A stretch of 64,000 nt of DNA from Kudoa neothunni. Taxonomy: Eukaryota; Animalia; Cnidaria. The notes beneath the pieces were generated by a model. It saw nothing but the letters and a program-made list of their open reading frames with translations. It ran no database searches and was not told where the DNA came from. Of the stretch, positions 13,342-26,389 are shown in pieces. Location: the NCBI GenBank assembly GCA_964304625.1, contig OZ199840.1:7633744-7697743 (forward strand). The letters are read 5' to 3'. The stretch's first letter is position 1. Every line of letters starts with the position of its first letter. The translations under genes and the position numbers were made by a program.

Positions 13342-14386
13342 TTTCGAAATTTCTTACTTCTTACTCAAGGTAGTCACAATCAAAACAAGCCAACACCTTG
13401 ACAATAGCAACACATGACAACCAACCAATAATAATTAATTATAAAATCATTTATAAACATAATTTTGTTTTTTCCAGCTTTGATATCAATTAATTAATTT
13501 TTGGGATTTCCCAAGTTTGACAGATGAATTTTAATAAAGGATTTTCGATTATTGCTATAATGATAATATCATTGAGAATAAACAAAATTCCAAGTGGGCT
13601 GTTTATTGTTTTCACATACATTAAGATTTATTTCTTTTAAAAATGAACTTTTCATATCAATTATCTCGATTAATATTCGTTTGAAAACCCAAAAATACAA
13701 ATCTTTGCAGATCTACACAGATCTATAATGGAAGTTGTTTATTTTTTATGTTACGGAAACCCTCGTCGGACAAGGATATTTTCAGATTAAAATTACTAAT
13801 TTTCAAGGACTCTAAGGCGTTATAACAATAAAATCTAAATAAATAACTTAAACGCATGCCAAATCGTCACTTTCACGTCAGATAACATTACATTTAGCAA
13901 AAAATGGTGATATAGCTTATTCATAGGGTAGCGCAAGAATGCATCTAGAAGTAACAATAAAAAGGTAAGAAAAGCAATATAACAGACATAGGAAACCTGG
14001 TTGGGTTTCTGCTCCGGAAATATATAAATGCTTCGGCTGTAACGAATTTTTCACAATAAATTAGTAAATTTATATATTAATATTTAAAAGAATATATTTT
14101 CATTGCAATGCGAGAACAATGTAACGAACGTTTGACATTTTTATTGGGAAATATCTAGTTTTATGCTACTTTTATTTCAAAGTTTGCCTGATTTTGTTAA
14201 TATTGAATTTAATATTTCATATACTTAAATTGTGGTTAGAAATCGTAAAGAACAATAATATTAATATCTTGCAACCAGTAAAAATGAGTAAAAAATTTGC
14301 TTTGGGATATAATTTATCCTTTATTTTGTTTTTTACATATTTATATTTAGAAGATGGGGGATAATATTTAATTAACTTTATTTACA

Positions 14387-15393
14387 TCCTTTATATATAT
14401 ATATATATATATATATAAGAGGACTGTCGGTATGTTTGTTTGTGTGTATGCCCCTAAGTACGCATGTGAGGGTAATTTTTTCCTTATAGAGAGCCATATA
14501 TAAAATTTTTATAAATTTGTAACATTTAAAAAATCGTTTAATTGTTTTCGGACTACTAAAGCTTCCAAAAAGTATTTATGAAATAGTGATTTTGTCGGTT
14601 TAAAGTTTGTTTTTCGGATTAAATGAGTTCAACTATAGTAGGATTAGCACTTGCTTATTTCATGGTTATGGTCGGTTGAAGTTAACTATCTTCCTTATAT
14701 GCTCCATCATATGTTCATTAACTGCTTCTATCTATCTTTATGTATAAGGTTGGCGTTTCTATTTGGGTGTCTGTTTAAACACACTCCTTATTTGCGGAGT
14801 TTTAACGTATATGACTTGATAAGTATATTTTATAAGTTCTATTAATGGTTTTCAATGTGGTAAAAAATCTATATATGTTTCATAAATAACGAATTCGTGG
14901 AGAACGTTAAAGTTACATTGATTGGAGCGTTATAATGGAAATACTGCGTTCATAGGTTTCATTAAATTGTCCGCTAAGTTTTACTTTACGTGATTAAATT
15001 CAATGCGGATGGTTGTACTTTTATTTCACCAAATTATTTAAACTGTTTATGTTGAAATCGACGCAATTTGTGGCTGTTTATGATAAAAGCGCATGTATGT
15101 TTATGCCGAGCTAAACGATGCTAATTTTAGCAATATCGGTTAATTTTCATAAGTTTTCTTTTATCTCTTTTATTTTTTCTATTTTTAAATGGACGCAGGA
15201 ATTGATACTTTCCTTCACAGAAATTATCATAATTTAAATTGCATAATCCAAATCGTTATAGTAAGTTGCTTCAAAATTTTTAGTTATTTTGTTTCTATGG
15301 GTTAATTCGAGATTTCAATATATTTTTTGAATGCTATTAAAAAATGCCTCTAGGCGAAATCTTCCCCAAGCAACGCTGGTCAGTTCGAGCTAG
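14387..15393 (+). mobile_element. Non-autonomous Helitron, copy B (same family as 4295-5447, opposite orientation)
   Basis: A|TCCTT(TA)n...GTATGTTTGTTTGTGTGTATG 5' end; 3' hairpin CCCAAGCAACGCTGG then CTAG|T; internal blocks (e.g. 14660-14730) match 5130-5200 as reverse complement. Confidence 0.8.
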
Positions 15394-15527
15394 TTGCTAT
15401 TAAGTTTCTTTATGTGCTGAAAATATCGATTAAAAAAATGGAGAATTATACAAGTATTGTCTAATAACAACAAAATTTAGCGTTATCAGGTCCTCCCTCG
15501 CGGCGTAGTCGTTGTGGATCACGGCTA

Positions 15528-15995
15528 CAGTAGGCAACCGATAATACGCAGTTTCATCGATACGACGTATATCCAAATTTATATTGGATGAAACGTTTTA
15601 TAATATTTTTGAGATATCTATCAAAAAAATGACCATTTCCATGAAACTGAAAATAGAATAAATTTTATTTCAAGACAATGTTAGTTGACAATTAGAGAAT
15701 GGTATAGATGTGCATAAATAAAGATTTTACGGTTAAAATGTAAACAACTTTTTTCATATTGTGCTAAAAAATGAATAAGAAATAAAATAATATTTCGAAT
15801 TTTTAGAATTGACCATTCACTAAATTTTATCCCAGTGTAAAAAGATACAAATATTATATCAATAAATATGATAAAAATAAATAAAACACAAATAATAACT
15901 ACGCACGCAGTTTAGTATGTGTCATCGGTTGCAATGTTTAATACGCACTTTTTTGGATGGTCCTGAGGGGATCACTTATTATCGGCAGCTTACTG
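15528..15995. mobile_element. Tigger-family MITE with TA target duplication
   Basis: TIRs CAGTAGGCAACCGATAATA / TATTATCGGCAGCTTACTG (16/19), flanked by TA; the first 15 nt are identical to the TIR of the element ending at 1361. Confidence 0.8.
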
Positions 15996-16829
15996 TATAT
16001 AATAATAGTTGCTCATTAATTCAAAACAAACTGAAATTTTTTAAAAATTCTAATTTTACCACCGGCCGGAAAAATAAGAACTCAGGAGAAAGAACACAAA
16101 AATATCTATCGTACTTAAAAGATTTTGAACTTTGAAACAAATTCAATTAAGAAGAAAAAGTTTTTTACGCAGAGCATTGGCATGGTATTGTTTTCTATTG
16201 TGTACATAATTCTTCACCAATCCAATTATACTCCCGGAAAAAACGTCTCAATTGATTTTCCCGCGTAATCGAACCTCCAACAACCTCCCTATTTCTATCA
16301 CTATTCCAGCAATCATATCATCATTGATGAATTGGGATGAGAACCACATAGCTAAATTTTCATGCTTTTTGAATCACTCACCACTGCCGAAATTTCGAAT
16401 TTTCTATTGCACAATGCAGCTGGCGCTAATAATATTAGCAAATATATTAGCCCTCAGATCTATATATTATTCATCCTACTGTTTGTTTTTAAAATTGTCT
16501 TCTTTCTGCATAAACGCTTTTAGTATCAACAAAACATTTACCCACTTTAAAAAGGGTTATTGAGACTTTCTTTTGAGTACCGAGATGGCAGAAGCTATTG
16601 GGACGGTAAATTTTTAAACTCAGTAACTCTTATTTACAAACCGCTTAGAGATTTAATTTTTTAGAATCTGCTATATTTAATCATTTCTGGTTTACCGCTC
16701 ATCAAATAAATGACTATTTTTATTCTTATTTATTAAAAAACAAGCATGCCTCGTGTTTATAAAATATAAAAAATAAATATTACATAAAATAAAATAAAAT
16801 AATAAAAATGAGATATACGATGTAACACA

Positions 16830-16945
16830 AGCTCGGAATTGGGATTCGAGCCTGCGTTATTAGCATTAAAAGACAATGGTGCGTGCAGTACCTCTCTGCT
16901 CTCGATCACGCATATGATTGGTGGATTACAACCCTTATAATCTAC
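16830..16945 (-). repeat. Dispersed repeat with a tRNA(Lys)-like segment (copy 2 of 3)
   Basis: Minus strand reads ...AGCAGAGAGGTA...GTCTTTTAATG...GGCTCGAATCCC (A-box, anticodon-loop and B-box-like motifs). Confidence 0.5.
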
Positions 16946-17341
16946 ATGTTACAGGGGATAAATATTTGTTGGTCGCTATACAATAGATTATAAAGGGTTT
17001 TCTTTCGATAACGTTCGTATAATTTTATTGAGCAAATCTCCTTCTAGAATTTTTTTTCTTTGTTTTTTGCTCCTACTGAATTTATTCTGAATATCCCTTC
17101 TATGTGTTCAAACTCAAAAGTGTTTCTGACTCAAAATTAGCGTCACTTCAATATTATTTACCGTGCCGAAGGCCACCATTAAATATGTAAATATGCTTAA
17201 TAGTCATATATTTGTTAGAAAAGAAAAAATCCCACGTTTTATTTACAAATCCGCTTTATATAACAAACAAATCGAATAACATTTACTCCATTTTGACGAA
17301 ATCAATCATTTAAGCGGTCGAACATCTCGAAACAACCAATT

Positions 17342-17355
17342 TCACGCATGCGCGA
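17342..17355. promoter_or_regulatory. NRF1-like element, probable BET gene promoter
   Basis: TCACGCATGCGCGA, followed by a G/T-skewed region running into the BET ATG. Confidence 0.45.
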
Positions 17356-18596
17356 AATTTATTAACTTTAAAAATATTTACCGGCATTCAATCAATCAAG
17401 CATAAAAATAAAACTAACACTATTTAATAATAAACCAAATAATTAAACTGATTAATTTTTAGTATCTTCTACTAAACGAAACAATTTGTAATTAATCCTA
17501 ATCCATTTAATTCACTCTAAACAATATAATAATCTTAGCATTTAATCGTAGCAGTGAGTCAACGACGTGTATTGGCTAGTCGATGTTAGTTTTGTTGAAT
17601 CGAATTTGCTGTTGTATTCAAGCTATTGATAGTTCACATGAATGATTTTCGGTGTGAACATTTGTATTATTATTGCATAGGATATGAAATGTTGCTATGG
17701 TTGCTTAACTTATTTGTGCCAAACGTATTCGGATATTTCGATACCTGGTTATGTTCTGTTTATAGCAGATTTTGATTTGATGGTGTCGACCTATTCTGTT
17801 GTGGATACTTTTCTTCGATGGGATAGGTTTTTTTGAGTGGTGGAGATTGTTTGGCCAATCGAAAACTCCTCTATTAGGAAGAGGATTATTGTAGTGAAAC
17901 ACCTTCACCGCTGGTCGTTGGTTGTGTATTAGTGTTCACTGCATTAGTTTGTAGTTAATTATTGTTTTTAAAGTGTGTGATTTTTTGGTGGGAATATAAG
18001 TTAGCTTGATTGATTGTTGGTTCGAGCTTTTAATAGTGGGCATCATTGCAAGTATTAGTGGCAGCTTTAATTTAGTCTGCGCTTCCATTTATTTGCGTTG
18101 GTTAATCGTGTATCTTCGGTTCCCGAATCTGTAAACTGAAGCTGAGCGTACAAGCGGAGTGTTTAAAGGTATGTACTGTGGCTGGACAGGGCGAACTAGA
18201 TGGGGTACTGCGTGTGTGGTGTATTCGGTCGCCAGTATTGTTTATTTTGCTGTCACATGAGTACATTATATGTCGTGATGTCACTGCACTCGATATTAGT
18301 TTGTTGTAGTGGTTATTTTTACATAAACAATTGTTATCTGAATTTGTTAGTGTTTTGAAACACCAACTGAGTGGTGGTTTCGGGGTTTACCTCATTAATA
18401 TCGACTCATTTGTGTGCTATTATCTCGGTTGATTAAGATAGATGGTTTTTGGGGGTGCTCATGTGTTATTTATTAGTAGAATTGTCTCGCGAATACACCT
18501 TCATGTAGCTATCATAGTTTTGTTCTCTCTTTAATACGCCATATTGGCAATATCAATGTCGTTGCGACGTATTAACTTATGCACTGATTTTAAGTT

Positions 18597-21500
18597 ATGG
18601 GAAAATCTAAGGACAATCTTGGTATATCCAATAATGAGAATATTGATATCAAGAATCGCCACAAGCGTAGTTCTGTGAATGGTGAACGAAAAACCGAGCC
18701 AGAATATGTGGAAATGGAGTCATCATTGGATGACGCCAACAATAACACGGCCACCGAACTGCTAAACACATCCAGAGATGATGAAAATAATGAGGAAGCC
18801 AATGAGTTATCCCATAACAACGAATCCAGCATCAATGATGATAATAACACTCAACAAACATCATTTGCCGATGTTTCCACAAATTCTGCTATTGTTAGTA
18901 ATCACAAACGTTCCAATCAACTTGAATACATTCAACGTATCGTACTGAGAGCACTATGGAAACACCCTCAATCCTGGCCTTTCAGGGTGCCTGTGGATCC
19001 TGTTAAGGATAATGCTCAAGTAATACGTTAATATGTTGTTTTTGTTTCAGATAATTAATCGTCACTATTTGGAATGCTGTGTGTCTTCCATCTAATCTAT
19101 CTATTCATTTAGGATTATTACACTATAATCAAAAATCCAATGGATTTGGGCACGATTCGTGGCAACCTTTTGAATGGTCGATACGAGAATGCCGAGGAAT
19201 GTATCAAGGATTTTCGTCTTATCTTTGAAAACTGTTACACGTACAATTCCGAAGGATTGGTACGATTGTCATTGTTAGGTTGCGTAACCGGCGGGCGGCT
19301 GCTGTTGCATCACCAATTTAGCTTTGTATCATGGTATCATGTATCCACATTCAACGATAATTTGTATCATTGAAGGACACATGGGCGTGTTTGCATGCAT
19401 ATCAGTTTAAGTTCATCAACCTAATTAATGGCATTAGTAGTTAATCTTTAAAAAAAATCTGCGTTGGTTTAATCTAGGATCATTTAAATGTAATTTATGT
19501 TTATTTTTTCACCAAAAGTTAGCTAAGCATTTATTTGTCCGTTAGTAGAGTGCTATATTTTAGCATGTTTCAGCAAATGAAATTAATATCTCTTCTTGTA
19601 ATTTGAATCAATTGTCGGCGCCACTTAAAATAGGATGATTATTAATTATTGCATTCGTTTAATTCTCTAATACCCTTTTAATTATTTGTTTTTTTACAAT
19701 TATTGACGCCATAAATCCAGTGTATATGTTAAACGTAGTCATGATTCCTAATTATGTATTTTTTTTATCGAAAAGAATCATTAAGGTGGAAACTACACCT
19801 TTGACGTTTATTGGAGAAATTTATTGTCAATTAATCGCTATGACAACCACATTAAATTTGAGCGTAAGAATTTTTATATTACTTTGGGTTGTTTTTAATG
19901 AGCTGATCTTAAAAGCGATAAAATTTTATTATTGTCGTCTAAATTTATCAAAGTAGATATTAATGCACTGATTTGGTTTATTTAATCAGTTAACCACCAC
20001 GATAATTAATCTATAGAATTATTCTATAGGTTTCTAGGAAATTTAACCCTTCGTGGTTGGTTGTTCCATTTCACAGAATACAATCTGTGATAATTTTTCT
20101 CATTTGCAATATTATTAACTGCATTGTATCAAAATAGTTAAGTTCTCTGTTATAGTACTTTTTATTTAGAGGGGAAGTTTAAATTTGCATTTATTTTTAG
20201 GCTGACTAGAATTTCGTATTTAATCTGTTACCATAGTTACGTATAGCTTATTCATTGGTCGTTATAATTATTTATTGCCCAATTGCATTCTCAATTATAC
20301 GAGTGATTTGTTAATTTATTTTGACGTAATGATGCATTGTTCAATGTTATAATAGTTTTTTGTTGGTGAAGTTAACGTAGGTTGGTTTGAGCCGATGTTA
20401 TTTAATGATCTTAACTCCGTAAAGCAACACGCCATAAATATTTAAACTTAGATACGGATTACAACATGCAATGTGTGATGCAATAGCAATCGTTCCTGTG
20501 CGCGTGGTGACCTATAATATAATTTTTAATGTAAAATTTTATATTCAAGATGATCAGAGGTATGTGTGAATGTGTCGAAGCGTGTTTTAACGAGAAAATA
20601 AAAAATATGCCACCGTTATCAGCCAATTCGGACAATGGTGAGAAAGACATCGTTCACAATGAATCTAGGTGACATTTTGATTGAGCGGAATTTGACTAAA
20701 TTATAATTGCAGTAAAAATGGAAATGTTGGTTCGAAAAAACGACATAAGGACAGTGGCAGTGTTAAAACACCGTCCAAAGTATGCGGTTCTATGTGTGTA
20801 CCATTGTTATGGAGTGTGTTGGTAGAAAAAAAAAATTACACCCAACCTGCACGAATTCATCATCAACTAAGTCGAGCACCTCTCAAAAAAGTGACCTATC
20901 CGTAGGTTGGACACCCGAGAAAAAAGCCGCTAATGTCGATCACACACCTCGTCGTGACGCGCGCAAATGCACCATGTAGATATTTTTCAATATTATTTTT
21001 CAGTCAATAGCAGCCATATCTAATTATAGTTTAATCGAGATATAACTTTGAGTGTATTCTTTTGCACTATTATAAATTGCTACAATCTGTAGTGTTAATG
21101 GATCGAAATCACACACACCCTCACACAATCGTCATCTTTCATTCAATTTTTTTGCGCATACTTCGAACATTCCAAATGCATCCACTTCAGCTGCCCTAAA
21201 ATACTGTCTCTCTATTGTAAGAGAGCTCTTTACCAAGAAACATGCAGATTATGCATGGCCGTTCTATGATCCGGTCGATAGTCAATCGCTTCAGTTGCTC
21301 GATTACGACAACATTATACATTATCCTATGGACTTGAATTCTATATGTAAAAATCTCGAAGTTGGGAAGTATTTGACTGCATTCGAATGCATTACCGATT
21401 TGAGACGTATGGTCACCAACAGCTGTCGTTACAATCCACCAGATCATATTGTCAGTCAGGCCGGGCAACGTCTTATTGTGGCTATAGAATTGCTCATAGC

Positions 21501-23019
21501 GAAGGCGCCACCCGATGTGTACGATTTCTTGGTGGTTGCTCCCTGTTCTATTATCGTGCCAAAAATCGATGCCTTGCCGGAAGCCGTCACAGCTGCGGTT
21601 TCTATGTGCAAACAAACTCAGAGTATTAAACTTTAAAGTCTTTATTAAATTTTAATTTACGTTGCCGTAGGTGCTACCAGCCAAACGAGGTCTTCCAGCA
21701 TTTCCAAAACAAAAAAATCCAAAAAAGAACAATCATACATCTCCGATGAAGACTATGATGATGATTTTGTCGATCCAATAACATCAAAAGCTCAACATGG
21801 AGGTGGATTCGTCAGTGTGGAGATGAATCATGCGGAACCCATGACCTATGAAGAGAAACGCAAGCTGTCACTGGAGATCAATCGAATGCCCACCGAAAAG
21901 TTGGGTGATATCATTGCATTTTTGTCCGACTTGGAATCCGATATTTTTAAAGAGAAAAATCAATCTGAAGTTGAAATCGACTTCGATAATATGAAACCAG
22001 AAACACTCAGATCGCTGGAAAAATATGTCAAATACCTTAACAAACCCCAAAAATCTCGCAAGAAAAAACCCACAGCCTCGAGCATTTCCTCTAGCTCCAC
22101 CCAATATAGTGACAACAAAATGAGAACCACAACTAATACCAGTTCCAAGTTACCACCATCCCCTATCACCAACATATCAAATCCTCTCACGTCAACACTA
22201 AAAAAACCATCAAATTTTTCCTCCACTGGAGGAAAGTTTAAAGTCGTGTCTTCACTCCCTTTGAGCGAAGAAAGCGACTGTTCCGATGACGAAAATGGTG
22301 AAACAACAAATATCTCCAAAAAACCATTGTCAGCTTTATCCAAACCCACATCAACCCATTCTTCTACTATGGTCAATACATCTTCTATTCCTAATGTCCA
22401 CTCAAATATTTCCATCCCAAAATCTTCGTCCAATAATCCGAGCAATGTAGTTTCTTCTAACAAGTTATCAGTTCCCACACCCAATACCGCCTCTAAACAT
22501 GTTGCAAATAAACTTACGTTCGATACGGTTGATCTTTCACTCCTGCCGTCATCCATGCTAGATACTTCAAAAAAAACCGACTTTTCATCTGTCGACCTCA
22601 TTAACGAAGCGAAAGCTTCAGTCAAACAACAAAAGTTAGCCAATTTGAACTCCACTGTCACTCACACCACTGCCGCCTCTTCTACAACTAGCAGTGAAAA
22701 CGACAGCATCATCAAAAGTCAACAGTATACTCCGGTGACCTTTTCAAATTCTTCCGGTGAATCTCCGTCCGTAAATGGTCGATTCAGCAATAGACACACT
22801 TTATCTGTCCTAACGTCGTCCAATTCAACCGGAGTCGATACATCAAGCAATAAACCTGAATTACGAGGTGATACCAATGCTCCACGAGCACCCACCACTA
22901 TCGAAGAGAGAGAACGTATGAAACAAGAAGAACGTCAACGACGTCTTGCTGTTGCGTCTACCACGCATTCTAACAAAATCAGTGGCGACATGATTCCTTC
23001 CTTTGATGAAAAATTGTAA
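18597..23019 (+). CDS. BET-family protein (BRD4/fs(1)h-long-like): BD1, BD2, ET domain and C-terminal P-TEFb-interacting motif
   Basis: BD1: [31 protein letters not shown]...NCYTYN, split by introns 19020-19112 and 19260-20549. BD2: [18 protein letters not shown]...PMDL...RYNPPDH. ET: [18 protein letters not shown]...[20 protein letters not shown]-terminus [12 protein letters not shown]...[10 protein letters not shown]. Confidence 0.95.
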
Positions 23020-23180
23020 ATTTTTAGCTGAAACAACATTATTCTGTTTGTGTTCATTTGTTTTATTTTTTGTGTTTAAATTATTTTTTTTTATTTTCTG
23101 TTTCGTGATATTGTCAATCAAATAAATACGAATATTTCTCTCTTTATAACATATGAATTTTATTTATGTTTATATCTTAA

Positions 23181-23601
23181 CTAGCGCAAACTCTGGCTCA
23201 TGCTCAGAGTTCTTGCCCAATGTTTTTACGTAACAAATTTTTTTTTGTAATTCGTAACATTTATTTAACTCATTGGGCGCATGAACCTTGTTTAATATTT
23301 CCAAACACGAATAGACACTGCTGAGCGTTTGAATTTCCTATTTAGAGCTCCTAAAATATCGATTTTCTCCTTGTTGTTTGCAGTAACCTCTAAATCATAC
23401 CTCTTACATCACGTGAAAATGTTTTTAGTCATTTTGCAAGATGCAAACCTTTTATAATTTTTTACGTATTTTTCTGTGTTAAAATAAAATTTTATCTTTC
23501 CATATGTGTGCTCAAATGTAGCGATATGTCTCTCCATCAAAAATGAAAAATGCGTACACATTGACACACACACGGATTACCGGTTTGCTTTATATAGTAG
23601 A
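23181..23601 (-). mobile_element. Short non-autonomous Helitron, copy C, just downstream of the BET poly(A) signal
   Basis: Minus strand A|TCTACTATATAAAGC...GTGTGTGTG 5' end; CTCTGAGC..GCCAGAG hairpin then CTAG|T; AATAAA at 23121-23126. Confidence 0.7.
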
Positions 23602-26389
23602 TGGAAAAATTATGCTTTTTGAAAACAGCTATTCTGCATATTCTCTTTTTGGAATAAATTAGTAATGATTGTTCTTATAGTCAAATATTTTTTTAAAGTT
23701 ATGTTTTAAATTACATCTAAATAAATATAAAATTTTGATTGTTGTATTATTAGGTGTGTGTGCGCATTAGTACAGTACTTGCAATATAAGTAAAAACTAA
23801 CATTGATCTACACCATTGATTCCAAGAGAATTTAGCACAAATAACTTACAGTTAAACAAAATAATAGAAACTTGAAACTCATAAATTCTTTGGAATGTAT
23901 AATTATAGCGATATTCTCGAAACAATATTATCTATTTATTCTATCTATATGAGATAGAGACTGGTGATTCTCATCCCATAGAAATAAATTTCAGTTAACC
24001 AAACCGTTATCAATATATAAAGTGGAGGAATCAAAATATAACTTAAATTTTCATTCAGATAACGCCATTTCAGGATAATCGGGAATTCAGTGTATTCAAT
24101 GAAATTGCGCATGCTCTGCGTACAATATATTGGTTTCTTTGTGTAAAATACACGTTCATTTTTCACAAAGTACAAAGTAATTAGTAAAATTTAATTAGAA
24201 ATTATTTTTTTAGTTTTTGAATTTTTTCAGTTAATTTTAGAGTTAAAACAAAAATTTTAATTTACTATTTCTCAATTAATTGTCATGAGGATTTATTTTT
24301 TTTAATTAAATATGGTATTCAATATTAAGAATCCGTTTTAAACATGTTTAAAAAAATAAATATTTGGTTCATAGTATTTTACATTCCTTAATTACGAATT
24401 TATATCGAAATCAAAAATCGTAGACATTTCAGTATTATTTTTAATTCCCATTGTTAATACTAATTAAATTTTAGTTGAAGGTTTTGTTACTTAAGTTTAA
24501 TTCTATAATAATTTTCTATTATGTATAACATAACATACTAAAGAGTTTATTTTTCGGACTGCATAAATGTGAGTGACATATAAGGAGGATAACATCAATA
24601 TAAATACGAGCATACGCGATAGATTTCCATGTATTAGCCACTAAGCATATCTTTTTGCACAATAAAAAATATTAATTTCATAAATATTTATATAACTAAC
24701 TAATGAAATTCTCGCTATAGAAGGATTTCAGATTAATAATGCTTTCAGTATATAGATTAGGTTGTAAATACCTTAAAGTTTTAATAGTTAATTTGAAGAT
24801 ACAGTGCAATTTGTAAACATACTCGTTCCATGGAAATATTTCGTTAATAATTTTATTAAGTAAAAGTAATTAAAAATAAACAATTTTTCATATAGAAATA
24901 TGCTATATTACTAATAAAACAATAATATATCATTTAAGTCAATATAATATTTATGAGATAAATATATCTTAAGTCATGATTGAGAAACACTGGTATATAG
25001 AGATGGAATAAGCTTAAATAACAAATTTCGTTACAAGAGAAGAACGAATAAATTATTTAGACTGTTGAAATTTTCGCGAGGGATTCATGATGTTTAGAAA
25101 GATCAAAATGTTAACATTTTTTAAACTTTAGGTTCTCCATCAAATTAAATTGAGTTTAAGTAATCTCTACCTGCAACAACCTGAACTTTTGGGCCATTTC
25201 AATATAGTTGTGTTTTGCCATTATAATCAGTTAGCCACAAGACAAGGCGTTCAAACTGGCTACATATCACTTAGAAAATCGTTGCTTTAGCCCCCAATGG
25301 AATTAAAAAAAATTATTGTTTATTCTGAAGTCTCTATGTAAACAAGATTCTTAGATTAAACTTCACAACGTCGTTTCACGTAGCTTAAAAACCAGTGCAA
25401 TGCCGAATATTTCAGCTAATAATAATTTATTGAAAAAATAGCAGAAAAGCTGTCCGAATTGTCACCTTAGTTCGTATGAAACCAATGAAAAGAACTCTAG
25501 AGATTTTAGATATAAAGTTATTTTAAACATATTAGAAAGAAAATTATGTCTAACTTAATCGAATACGATATTGTATTTTTATGAGATTTAAATCATAAAA
25601 ATGCATGATTAGATGATGTACCATAAGGTTTAATTTTAGGTCTTAAATCATTAAAAAATATTTTTAAAATTGGTTACAAAAAACATCAAATTTACGATTT
25701 TTAATAAATAAATTATAAATACTTATTTTTCTTTATGTATGAAACAATTTTTGAGTATCTATTGGCTCTTCAAAATTTAATCCCTTGGGTTTAGCTTTAA
25801 TTGTGGTTAATTATTTTGAGACAACTTTTATGGTATTATTAATTAGTATTAAAATGATTTTCACGCCCGTACACATGACGATTAGGATTCTATTTTAATC
25901 AATCAAAATGTATTCTTTTTAATTTTGTTAATACATGATTAGAATCATAATTTTTAATATTATATTTGGTGTAATTCCTTGTGTTGTTTATAAGATCAAA
26001 GTAAAGGTAACATTGTGAAGAATAAATAAATATTTATCTTGGTCATAATATGAATATACACATAATTCCTCCTAGGAAATAATTACACCAGGTTACTGCT
26101 TTTATCAAATGTGACAACAATCAGCAAACTAATTTGATCAACAAATAATTATTATTTGTTTAAAATGAACACAAACATGATGTTCTTGAAACTAATCTAA
26201 ATTATTTTAAAAATTAATTGAGTTTTTTATTAGATACATCAAAGTATAATTAACTGTTAACTTGTAGTGTAGCTTGAGAAATATTAACAGCCTAGTATCG
26301 GTTCTAAATAACATTCAGTATTTTTATTAAGTACCTGCATAATTTTACACAAAGGCGTTATACATTGAAATAATACAAATTTAAAAATA

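Noticed and set aside
10398-16563. Short ORFs 10398-10601 (TTLSSFF) and the minus strand near 16250-16380 with faint pogo-like wording
   Set aside because: Fragments are too short and have no definable termini; probably old TE debris
21196-23121. Antisense and alternate-frame ORFs over the BET exons (e.g. 21960-22661, 233 aa)
   Set aside because: Shadow ORFs of Ser/Thr-rich coding sequence with no recognisable motifs
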